A stretch of 61,703 nucleotides of DNA, filler included, from Nanobdellati archaeon (GTDB lineage: Archaea > Nanobdellota > Nanobdellia > Woesearchaeales > JAADFO01), in NCBI GenBank assembly GCA_013152815.1. It is 5 parts of 5 records of this genome, joined end to end, with 100 filler letters (N's around TTAATTAATTAA, not from the genome) between each part and the next. Parts side by side here need not be neighbours in the genome. Positions count along the whole stretch, not along the records: positions 1 to 22,310 come from JAADFO010000041.1; positions 22,411 to 50,193 come from JAADFO010000043.1; 3 more parts are not named here. One strand, given 5' to 3'. The notes beneath the pieces were generated by a model. That model saw only the letters and a program-made list of their open reading frames with translations, made no database searches and was not told the origin of the DNA. A program made the position numbers and the translations under genes. Numbering within the stretch: the first letter of the stretch is position 1; every line of letters starts with the position of its first letter. Below, in pieces: positions 19,037-27,397 of the stretch.

Positions 19037-19156
19037 ATGTATGAAGACAGATACGGGAACCTGATGCATCCAGATGAGGTGGACGCGCTTTCGCCTCATG
19101 AGATCGAGGAACGCGGGTTCCACGTTGTTGATGAAGACAGGTATGGGGTTGTCTGA
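19037..19156 (+). CDS. 39-aa acidic small protein downstream of hsp20
   Basis: Perfect SD GGAGGTGA at 19021-19028; MYEDRYGNLMHPDEVDALSPHEIEERGFHVVDEDRYGVV; T-rich terminator follows. Confidence 0.7.
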   Translation: MYEDRYGNLMHPDEVDALSPHEIEERGFHVVDEDRYGVV

Positions 19157-19236
19157 TCCCTGTCTTCTTTGTTTATCTTTTTTATGTATAAACAGACTTC
19201 AGGCGAAGAAAGAGTTCTGGGACAGCTTTGTCGCAT

Positions 19237-19716
19237 CTACCTGTAGGGCGTCAGGACCTTCTTCTGAAGATCATCGGGGACCGGACCGGTCTTCTCGTGC
19301 TTGTGGTAGAAATTCTTCTCGAAATGCATCTCCAGTCCCTGTTCCAACGCTTCCATCGCCTTATCTGCCCTGTCGGTGATCTTTCTCCAGGTTCCCTGGT
19401 TGAGGTTGGTGGAATCAGAGCCGCAGTATTCGTGGAACGACGCCAGGTTCTTCCCGGGTCCATCCTCCACCAGCAGGCCGTTCCATCCTTCCCCCTGATA
19501 GGTCGGCTCCCGGAATCCCTTCTCATGGGGGTCGAGGTCCTTGGTGTAGGGTGCATCGGTATGCGGATCGACACAGATGAGCTCCATGGTCGATGCCCCT
19601 GATTCCTGGTAGGTGTCCTTTATCTTCTGGAGGAAGTCCTCTGGCTTGAGCGACGGCGTGCCGTAGAGCGCGGCGAGCGGTCCTCCTCCGACTGCGATGA
19701 CGAGGTGGTCTTTCAT
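19237..19716 (-). CDS. Hypothetical protein (159 aa)
   Basis: TTATAAA ~25 nt upstream on minus strand; no motif recognised. Confidence 0.6.
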   Translation of the reverse strand: MKDHLVIAVGGGPLAALYGTPSLKPEDFLQKIKDTYQESGASTMELICVDPHTDAPYTKDLDPHEKGFREPTYQGEGWNGLLVEDGPGKNLASFHEYCGSDSTNLNQGTWRKITDRADKAMEALEQGLEMHFEKNFYHKHEKTGPVPDDLQKKVLTPYR

Positions 19717-19855
19717 GGTGGTCCGGAGACCTGGTCGTGTTTATAAGTCTTTTTCTCCTTTTTTTCGTCTGCCGGCACATCTGAACGTGGTTGTCCCAGA
19801 GGAAACACCTGCAAGACTCACAATATTTATAAATGAGCGGTCAGTCGTCTGAAGG

Positions 19856-20059
19856 ATGGTAAAAGTCCACACACGGATAAAGCGGAAACTGCCGAAGACA
19901 GGCAGGAACAGGCCTGTCCGGCCGAAGAGCTTCAGGACCGAAGAGAGCGCCAAGAGATACGCAGAGGCCCATGATATCAAGGACTATGTGCTGACCGATA
20001 GCAAACCTGAAGCACAGACCCACAAGTTCAGGATCGTCCCCAAGGAGAAAGGCTTTTAA
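19856..20059 (+). CDS. Small basic protein (67 aa), putative nucleic-acid binding
   Basis: TTTATAAA at 19826-19833; Lys/Arg-rich N-terminus and KSF.TEE.A..YA motif. Confidence 0.7.
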   Translation: MVKVHTRIKRKLPKTGRNRPVRPKSFRTEESAKRYAEAHDIKDYVLTDSKPEAQTHKFRIVPKEKGF

Positions 20060-20083
20060 TCTGTCAGGTCATTTCTTTGTCCC

Positions 20084-20839
20084 ATGCTCCTCTTCGACGC
20101 CCATTGCCATCTGGACAAGCAGTTCTTCCAGCAAGATATCGATTCGGTCATCCAGCGTGCTGTCACAGCAGGAGTGAGGCTCATCGTCTCCGACGGCCTG
20201 TCGCAGAAGACCAACGAAGAGGTCTTGGCGTTATCTGGTCAGTTCGATGTCGTCCGGCCTGCCCTCGGCCTGTACCCTGTCGAAGCAGCGAAGATGACCC
20301 GGAAAGAGATCGATGATGCCATCTCCTTCATCGGGTCGCACGCGAAGGATATCGTCTCCATCGGTGAAGTGGGCCTGGATTACAAAGAGGAGACAGACAA
20401 GGGACTGCAGCAGTATGCCTTCAGGAAGGTGATACAGCTCGCGGTTAAGACGGGGAGATCCCTGACTGTCCATTCCCGGAAGGCAGAGCAGGACTGCATC
20501 GATATCCTCAAGGAGGAAAAGGCGAAGAAGGTCATCATGCACTGCTTCTCTGGCAAGAAGAGGCAGGTGCAGGAGATCCTGGATAATGGCTGGTTTCTCT
20601 CGATTCCTACCAATGTCGTGTTCTCGACGCATTTCCAGGAGATGGTGAAGATGGCGCCGCTCTCCCGGCTGCTGACAGAGACCGACAGTCCTTTCCTGGG
20701 TCCGTTGAAGGGAGAGAAGAACGAGCCCGCCAACGTCGTCCATTCGATAAAGAAGATAGCAGAGATCAAGGACCTTGAACCTGAGGAGGTCGCCAACATC
20801 CTCTGGAAGAACGCCCAGGAGCTGTTCCTTTCGGTCTGA
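20084..20839 (+). CDS. TatD family hydrolase
   Basis: DAHCHL, IGEVGLDY, VHSR.AE, MHCFSG, LTETDSPF, NEPANV. Confidence 0.93.
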   Translation: MLLFDAHCHLDKQFFQQDIDSVIQRAVTAGVRLIVSDGLSQKTNEEVLALSGQFDVVRPALGLYPVEAAKMTRKEIDDAISFIGSHAKDIVSIGEVGLDYKEETDKGLQQYAFRKVIQLAVKTGRSLTVHSRKAEQDCIDILKEEKAKKVIMHCFSGKKRQVQEILDNGWFLSIPTNVVFSTHFQEMVKMAPLSRLLTETDSPFLGPLKGEKNEPANVVHSIKKIAEIKDLEPEEVANILWKNAQELFLSV

Positions 20840-20852
20840 TCCGTCTATGGTC

Positions 20853-22310
20853 TCATGCTTCTATACATCGATTATACAGGTCGTATTCTCTGTCGTTGCT
20901 CAGTCTACTGCATAGCGACTTGTCCTGCGTAGACATTTCTATCAAGCAATTAGCTAATTGTGGATAATCCAGATATGCACAATAGTTAGGATCATGTGCA
21001 GAAGAGATCACCTCTGCTTTGCACGTCTGAGTCCTGCATTCATGGAGCGCAGCAGTTATGAGATTATTCTCCAATACTTTTAGACGCAGAGTGGTTTCCA
21101 TATTGCTTTCTTCTGGCATGGCGGGTGACCCGTGGTCGTATGCTGCCTTTATTGTATGCTGCTCCCCCCTTATCTTTGCAGTCTCTTCCTGAAGTTGTTC
21201 TATTGCACTGATAAGCATCGTATGGCGTGCTATTCTTGCTGTTGCCTGTTCCACCAGCGACCCTTCACCATCAAATATCCACAGGGGAACAAACCTGCCG
21301 TCTTGTGTGTTCTCATCCATCTTCTCGGGGGGATTCAGCACCGCAGAACTCAGTTGGTCAATAGTTGCTTGTAGTTTTTGTTCATGTTCATCCATCGTCA
21401 GGCTATCATCATAAAATGGCGTAGCATTGCGTGAATTATTCTTTATCCATCCATATTCGCGAATGAGTGTTGGCACCGTCTCTCGCACCATACTTCCTTC
21501 GAGAGACAGGTTCTCGAGAAAGGCAACGAAAGTGATAATGTCCTGATAAACATCTTCTGATACAAATCGATGAAATGACTCCTTCCAGGTCTTTGGTGCG
21601 ATGATTCTGTTCTTTATCAAACGTTCCTGTAGTAATCTCCATCTATTATTTATACTTTGAGCGATTCTCGTATTCTGCAGTTCTTTGTCCTCAAACTCAA
21701 ATAGATTATATCTTGCTATGCTTTCATCGGTTTCATCCGGGAGAACAAATACTGCTTTTCCCTCTCGATCTTCCCTCCTGTATTCTTGAGAAAGCTTAAT
21801 CCAATCTTGCTCCCGTATCCTTGGGAGGTGATAAACCGTTCATATCTCTCTGTGATCGCACCTTCCCGGATATTTGACAAGACGTTCTTCTCAAGAGTTT
21901 CAATTCCTCCATCAATTCTCTTGACAACTACTGTGCCCATTATGGCTGTCATAATAAGACTGATGATCAGGATGAATAGTGATGCTAAGACTGCTGCTTT
22001 GATAACTGTCTTTTTTATCTTTTTTCCTTTTGTCGATGCTAGGTTGAAAAATTTGAATGGAATATGGTTGAATGTGAACAGCGCATCATATTCAAAATGA
22101 TTACTTGTCTTCTTAAGAAGATGAATGAAGATAACCAGATATGCACCAATAAATATTGTTATCATAGGTGAAAAGATAAGCTCTATCTCAAATACGTTCA
22201 AGATACCTAGAAAGTTAAAGAGGACATACGCATAGACAAGATAAATCAATAACGTTAGGACGAGCGCAAAGGTCATGCTTAAGAGCGAAGAAAGCAACGA
22301 ATATCCTAAT
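20853..22310 (-). pseudogene. Membrane-anchored protein with Cys-rich C-terminus, split by a -1 frameshift and truncated by contig end
   Basis: The frame of ORF 20853-21620 stays open up to 21839 and overlaps the end of ORF 21716-22297; AT-richer than flanks. Confidence 0.55.
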
Positions 22311-22410
22311 NNNNNNNNNNNNNNNNNNNNNNNNNNNNNNNNNNNNNNNNNNNNTTAATTAATTAANNNNNNNNNNNNNNNNNNNNNNNNNNNNNNNNNN
22401 NNNNNNNNNN
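22311..22410. other. Artificial contig linker
   Basis: N44-TTAATTAATTAA-N44 (stops in all frames). Confidence 0.99.
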
Positions 22411-22564
22411 CACTCCCCACTGGACATGCTCGGATAGCGTATTTAAACGTGCTCTGTCTCTATGTTCTTGTTGCCTGAAAATCTCAGGCAGCCTCCAACC
22501 ATCCCGGCCTACGGGTTCAACGAGGTGGCGTGAAACAAGATGCGAAAGCAAGGAGGTAAAGAAA

Positions 22565-22852
22565 ATGGAAGCGCAAAGCATGTCGGCTGATACTGCCAAT
22601 GCAGGAAGTCAGCCTGAAAAGAAGTTCCGTGCAGGAGCTATTTCTGTGAGTGTCTGGCAGAACCAGGGCCAGAGCAAATCTGGTGAGCCGACCTTTTTTC
22701 GGACCATCTCTCTCCAGAGAGGGTATAAGGATAAGGAAGGCAACTGGAAGAACACCACGTCTCTTCGGGTCAATGATCTGCCCAAGGCGGCCCTTCTCAT
22801 GGAAAAGGCCTATGAGCACATAGTCCTTTCGACAAAGGGGGACGAGGAGTAG
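22565..22852 (+). CDS. Small putative ssDNA-binding protein upstream of radA
   Basis: AGGAGGT SD; beta-rich 'KKFRAG.ISVSVW.N...TISLQRGYKD..G.WK.T.SL..NDLPKA' followed by a helix. Confidence 0.7.
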   Translation: MEAQSMSADTANAGSQPEKKFRAGAISVSVWQNQGQSKSGEPTFFRTISLQRGYKDKEGNWKNTTSLRVNDLPKAALLMEKAYEHIVLSTKGDEE

Positions 22853-22919
22853 GCCTTCGGGCCTGGCTCTTCCATCCATCGTTTATCGATTATTTACGTG
22901 TTCGACGGAGGTAATAAAA

Positions 22920-24008
22920 ATGAAGGAAGATTCCGATGTCCAGATAGCTGGAGAAGATACCATGGAGATCAACAAAGACAACGAAGCGCCGGCAGAGACC
23001 GAAGAGGCGCAGGAGAAAGAGGGTTCTCTGTCAGAAGAGGTTGCAAAGCCTCTTCCGCCAAAAAAGGAGTTTACCCTCAAGGACCTTCCGGGCGTCGGTG
23101 CGGCGACAGTCCAGAAGCTCGAAGAATCCGGCTATAATACGGTCATGGCCATCGCAGTAGCCTCTCCCGGTGAGCTGACCGAGGCTGCAGGCATGAGCGA
23201 AGCCGCAGCAAGAAAGATCATCAATGCGGCGAGGAACGGCATGGACATGGGCTTTGAGTCCGGAGCCGACCTTCTCGCCAGGAGGAAACTGGTCCTCAAA
23301 CTTACGACAGGGGTCAAATCTGTGGATGCTCTCCTTGGTGGGGGTCTCGAGACCGGTGCCATCGTCGAGTGCTTTGGCCAATACGGATCTGCAAAGACCC
23401 AATTGGCTCATCAGATGGCGGTCAATGTCCAGCTGCCTAAGGATCTGGGCGGAGCAGATGGGGTCGCGGTCTATATAGACACAGAGAACACATTTCGACC
23501 CGAACGCATAGAATCCTTCGCCAAAGGAAAGGGGATGGATCCGATGGCTGCCCTGAAGAACATCAAGGTCGCGAGAGCATATAATTCGGATCACCAGATG
23601 CTCCTGGTGGAGAAGATACGGGATCTTATCGAGAAGGACAAATTGCCCGTGAAGCTGGTCATCGTCGATTCGCTCACTGCTCATTTCCGGGCGGAGTTCA
23701 TCGGAAGAGGCACCCTTGCAGAGCGGCAACAGAAGCTCAATCGTCACATGAGGGAGCTCTCGAAGCTTGCCAGCATGCACAATCTCTGCATCTATGTGAC
23801 CAATCAGGTGATGTCTAAGCCTGACCAGTTCTTTGGTGACCCGACCCAGGCCATCGGCGGCCACATCGTCGGTCATAATTCAACGTTCAGGATATACCTG
23901 CGCCGAGGAAAGAAGGGCACCAGGGTAGCCAAACTGATCGACAGTCCCAATCTCCCTGAAGGAGAAGCCATCTTCATCATCGGCGATGAGGGCCTGAAGG
24001 ACGAGTGA
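22920..24008 (+). CDS. radA: DNA repair and recombination protein RadA
   Basis: HhH N-domain (DLPGVG), Walker A GQYGSAKT, YIDTENTFRPER, VDSLTAHFRAEF.GRG.LAERQQKL, DSPNLPEGE. Confidence 0.97.
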   Translation: MKEDSDVQIAGEDTMEINKDNEAPAETEEAQEKEGSLSEEVAKPLPPKKEFTLKDLPGVGAATVQKLEESGYNTVMAIAVASPGELTEAAGMSEAAARKIINAARNGMDMGFESGADLLARRKLVLKLTTGVKSVDALLGGGLETGAIVECFGQYGSAKTQLAHQMAVNVQLPKDLGGADGVAVYIDTENTFRPERIESFAKGKGMDPMAALKNIKVARAYNSDHQMLLVEKIRDLIEKDKLPVKLVIVDSLTAHFRAEFIGRGTLAERQQKLNRHMRELSKLASMHNLCIYVTNQVMSKPDQFFGDPTQAIGGHIVGHNSTFRIYLRRGKKGTRVAKLIDSPNLPEGEAIFIIGDEGLKDE

Positions 24009-24253
24009 TCTTTTGATCGTCTCTTTTTTCTTTTTTCTTTATCGGTTCTTATCTTCTTTGGGGTTTGCCGGCCTGTTCTTTAAAAAGGCCGGTTCTCTTT
24101 GTATGTGCTCTTCTTTTCAGGAGCAGACGTCTTTCGTCACCGTAGAAAAGCGTCACATTTAAATAGGGTTGGCCATTATTGGCTCCCATTGCGTCTTGTA
24201 CGCAAGAACTATGCCAGTGATGGCAGGATATACATAAATAAGGTGAATATGGA

Positions 24254-24805
24254 ATGTATGAGAACAGACGAAGCTTTGCCCCGGTCAATGAGGGCGAGGA
24301 GTTGGACGTAAAGATTGAGGCCGTCGGAGAGAAAGGAGACGGCATTGCCAAAAAGGACGGTTTTGTCCTGTTTGTCCCCAACACCCGAGAGGGTGACGAG
24401 GTCAGGATCAGAGTTACCAAGGTTCTGCGGAAAGTAGGCTTTGGCGAGGTCGTCGGAAGCGCATCAGCCGGTGCAGCAGAAGCCGCCCCGGCCGAAGAGG
24501 CAGAACCTGCTCCTGAAGACAGCGAGGATTTCGGAGAAGAGGCACCTGCAGAGAACGCTTCTGAAGGGTCTGAGGAACCGGCAGCAGAAGAGTCTGCGGC
24601 CGAGCCCGAGGTTGCTGAGGAGGCTCCTGAAAAAGATGCAGCTGAAGCAGCTGCTTCTGAAGGGTCTGAGGAACCGGCAGCAGAAAAGTCTGCAGCCGAG
24701 CCCGAGGCATCTGAAGAGGCTCCTGAAAAAGACGCATCTGAAGAGCTCGAGAAAGAGCTCGACGAGGCCCTCGAAGAGTCTGACGAAGAGAAGAAAGAGG
24801 AGTGA
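24254..24805 (+). CDS. Single-TRAM-domain RNA-binding protein with long acidic tail
   Basis: APV.EGEE.DV.IE.VG.KGDGIAK..GFV.FVP.T..GD.V.I.V. Confidence 0.9.
   Translation: MYENRRSFAPVNEGEELDVKIEAVGEKGDGIAKKDGFVLFVPNTREGDEVRIRVTKVLRKVGFGEVVGSASAGAAEAAPAEEAEPAPEDSEDFGEEAPAENASEGSEEPAAEESAAEPEVAEEAPEKDAAEAAASEGSEEPAAEKSAAEPEASEEAPEKDASEELEKELDEALEESDEEKKEE
24557..24743 (+). repeat. 96-bp (32-codon) tandem duplication in the TRAM acidic tail
   Basis: GCTTCTGAAGGGTCTGAGGAACCGGCAGCAGAA... starts at 24557 and again at 24653. Confidence 0.9.
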
Positions 24806-24841
24806 TCCTCTCTCTTTTCCTTTTCTTTTTTCTTTTCCACC

Positions 24842-25381
24842 ATGCGACTTTTTATCGCACTTGATCTGCACTCCATCAACACGTATCTTGACACGCTTCG
24901 TGCTAGCATCGGACAGGAAGCTGTCACCTTGACGAAAGACGCCCATTTAACATTACAGTTCTTAGGAGATGTCACCCCGCCTGTGGTCGACCAGATCGAG
25001 ACGGCATTGGCAGATGTTCCCTTCTCTACCTTCAGCATCACTCTGGCGGGGACAGGCTTCTTTCCGGACGAAGAACGACCCCGAGTGGTCTGGCTGGGTG
25101 TCGAACACAATGACGTGCTTATCAAGCTTCAGAAGGATATCTCTGTGGCGATGCGGTCGCTGGGGTTCGAACAGGATCGCCGGTTCCATCCGCACATCAC
25201 CCTTGCCAGGATCAGGGTTCTTGGCAACAGAGATGCATTCCTTGAGAAGGTGAACGGGCTCCGGGCTGAAAAGGTCAGGGTCCCTGTCGAGACTTTCGCC
25301 CTTTTTGAGAGTACGCTCACGCCATCAGGCCCCAAGCATGATGTTATCGGCATATTTCCATCATCCCGAAAAGCAAACTAG
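24842..25381 (+). CDS. thpR: RNA 2',3'-cyclic phosphodiesterase (2H family, ThpR/LigT)
   Basis: MRLFIA, HLTL.FLG, PRV.W.G, F.PHITLAR, ES.L...GP. Confidence 0.93.
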   Translation: MRLFIALDLHSINTYLDTLRASIGQEAVTLTKDAHLTLQFLGDVTPPVVDQIETALADVPFSTFSITLAGTGFFPDEERPRVVWLGVEHNDVLIKLQKDISVAMRSLGFEQDRRFHPHITLARIRVLGNRDAFLEKVNGLRAEKVRVPVETFALFESTLTPSGPKHDVIGIFPSSRKAN

Positions 25382-25416
25382 CAAACTATTAATTCAACCG
25401 GTCTCCTACTTCTGTC

Positions 25417-25707
25417 ATGGTGAACACGCACACTCTTCGCAGGCAGTTGCTCTTATGGATACGAAGCGCAAAGAAAAACAATTTTTCCGATGCTGCGGAG
25501 AGAAATGAAGAGTTCAACCGGATATGGACAAAGGTCTTTGATATTTCTGCGAAAAACATTCCCACCAAGATCGATGAGGCATGGGGGTATGATCAGGTCA
25601 GGAATGCCCTGGTCAATGCATGGGCTGCCTGGAAAGAAGGCGATGCTGACACGATGAAGAAAGACGTCGAAGAAGCGAGGCGCCGTTTTAACAGGCTTCC
25701 TGAATGA
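25417..25707 (+). CDS. Hypothetical protein (96 aa)
   Basis: Helical-looking ORF followed by a T-rich tract; no motif. Confidence 0.55.
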   Translation: MVNTHTLRRQLLLWIRSAKKNNFSDAAERNEEFNRIWTKVFDISAKNIPTKIDEAWGYDQVRNALVNAWAAWKEGDADTMKKDVEEARRRFNRLPE

Positions 25708-25921
25708 GTGCCTGCAAAAGGATACCAGCCAAACAATCATTTTCTATTCCTGTTTCTATTCTCTTTCTGTATGGCGCTCTTTTATATAGCAAATAATCAC
25801 TTTTATAAATGAACCCGGCTTCATGACCTCTATTGCCCACTGGAGGACGGGTTTCTCCGGGACTGTTCCGGGCGATAATAGGGAACAGAAGCGAAGACTT
25901 CTGTTTTATGAGGAGATGAAA

Positions 25922-26524
25922 ATGGCTGAACAGCAACAGTTTTTAGTGCCCCAGGAGACCTACCTGAAGGCAGGGATCCATATCGGGACAAAATTCAGGA
26001 CCAAGTACATGGACAAGTTCATCTATAAGACCCGGCCCGACGGCCTGTCTGTGCTGAACATACAGAAGATCGACGAACGCCTGAGGATCATGGCAAGATT
26101 CATGGCAGAATATGAACCACAGGACATACTCCTGGTCTCCAGACGGGAGAACGCCTGGAAAGCGGTGAAGAAGTTCGGGGCGTTGACCGGCGTAAACATC
26201 GTCGCTGGCAGATATCCTCCGGGAATCCTCACCAATCCCGACCTGAAGAATTACACCGAAGCCAAACTGGTCGTGGTGACCGACGCATGGCCGGATAGGA
26301 ACGCGATCCATGATGCGACAAGCGTCGGTGTTCCGGTCGTCGCGCTCTGCGATACCAACAACCAGGCCAACAACATAGATCTTGTGGTCCCCTGTAACAA
26401 CAAGGGAAAGAAGTCCCTGGGCCTGTTGTTCTACATCATCGCAAAGGAATTCCTGCAGCACAAGGGTCTGCTCAAAGAGAACGAGGAGTTCCCGGCGAAG
26501 CTCGAGGATTTTGTCGAGGAATAG
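25922..26524 (+). CDS. rps2: 30S ribosomal protein uS2
   Basis: YL.AG.HIGTK, R.DGL, GR..PG.LTNP, PVVALCDT.N, VPCNNKG.KSL. Confidence 0.97.
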   Translation: MAEQQQFLVPQETYLKAGIHIGTKFRTKYMDKFIYKTRPDGLSVLNIQKIDERLRIMARFMAEYEPQDILLVSRRENAWKAVKKFGALTGVNIVAGRYPPGILTNPDLKNYTEAKLVVVTDAWPDRNAIHDATSVGVPVVALCDTNNQANNIDLVVPCNNKGKKSLGLLFYIIAKEFLQHKGLLKENEEFPAKLEDFVEE

Positions 26525-26573
26525 GACTGATGGGCGGCTTTTCTTTTTTTGTCCTTTTTCTTTATGCTTTTTT

Positions 26574-27284
26574 CTATCTTTTTTCTATCTTTTTGTAATT
26601 GTCCGGCATCATGGATGCGAACCCGGTCTCAACGATGGTGAACAGGGCCTCTTTGCCTTCGCGGATGGACCGATGCTTCTTGATGATCATGATCCTGTTG
26701 GATCCGGTCCCTTTCTTCAGTTCCACCAGACATTTGCTCCCGTATTTCAGCAGCCCCCCACCCAGCATCTTCACGCCGGTATCTGTATCCATATCGCTAT
26801 AGACCTGGTTGGTTATAAGTACGGGAATCTTCCGTGTCCTCGCAATCTCAGAAAGGAAAGATATCTGTTTGCCGAGCTCTCTGTTGAGCTCCTGCATGTT
26901 TGTATCCTTGCCGAACTCAAGCCGGTAGAGCATGGCTATGGTGTCGACGATGATCAGGCCGATCTCATTGTCCACTGATTTTTTTAAGGACAGGATGTTC
27001 CTTTTCTGTTCAGCAAAGGTGTTGGGCTTGAGGAAAAGGATGTCTTTGAGCTGTTCTTTATAGTCCGGCGTGAGCTGTCGGAAACGATCCACCGAGAAAT
27101 TGCCTTCGCTATCGAGATAGATGACCTTTTTTCCTTTTTTTATCGTGTTGATGCTGAAGAGAAGGCAGACGTTGGTCTTTCCTGACCCTGCGGGTCCATA
27201 GACCGTTGTGATCGTGTCCTGTTCAAGACCCCCCTCAAGAAGGCTGTCAAGTACCTCGTTGCCGCTGGCTAACCGTTCCCCCAT
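26574..27284 (-). CDS. radB: DNA repair protein RadB
   Basis: GPAGSGKTN Walker A, YLDSEG.FS..R, LITNQVY, KHR basic patch; lacks the RadA N-domain. Confidence 0.93.
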   Translation of the reverse strand: MGERLASGNEVLDSLLEGGLEQDTITTVYGPAGSGKTNVCLLFSINTIKKGKKVIYLDSEGNFSVDRFRQLTPDYKEQLKDILFLKPNTFAEQKRNILSLKKSVDNEIGLIIVDTIAMLYRLEFGKDTNMQELNRELGKQISFLSEIARTRKIPVLITNQVYSDMDTDTGVKMLGGGLLKYGSKCLVELKKGTGSNRIMIIKKHRSIREGKEALFTIVETGFASMMPDNYKKIEKR

Positions 27285-27397
27285 GCATCTTCCTAATGGG
27301 CAGTGTCTTTTATAGCTTTTCCCCTGTTCTGCGGAGGATTTCCATTATGGCCAAAGTATTTATATGCCTTCTCTCTCTTTTGCCCATGCCTTCGAAC

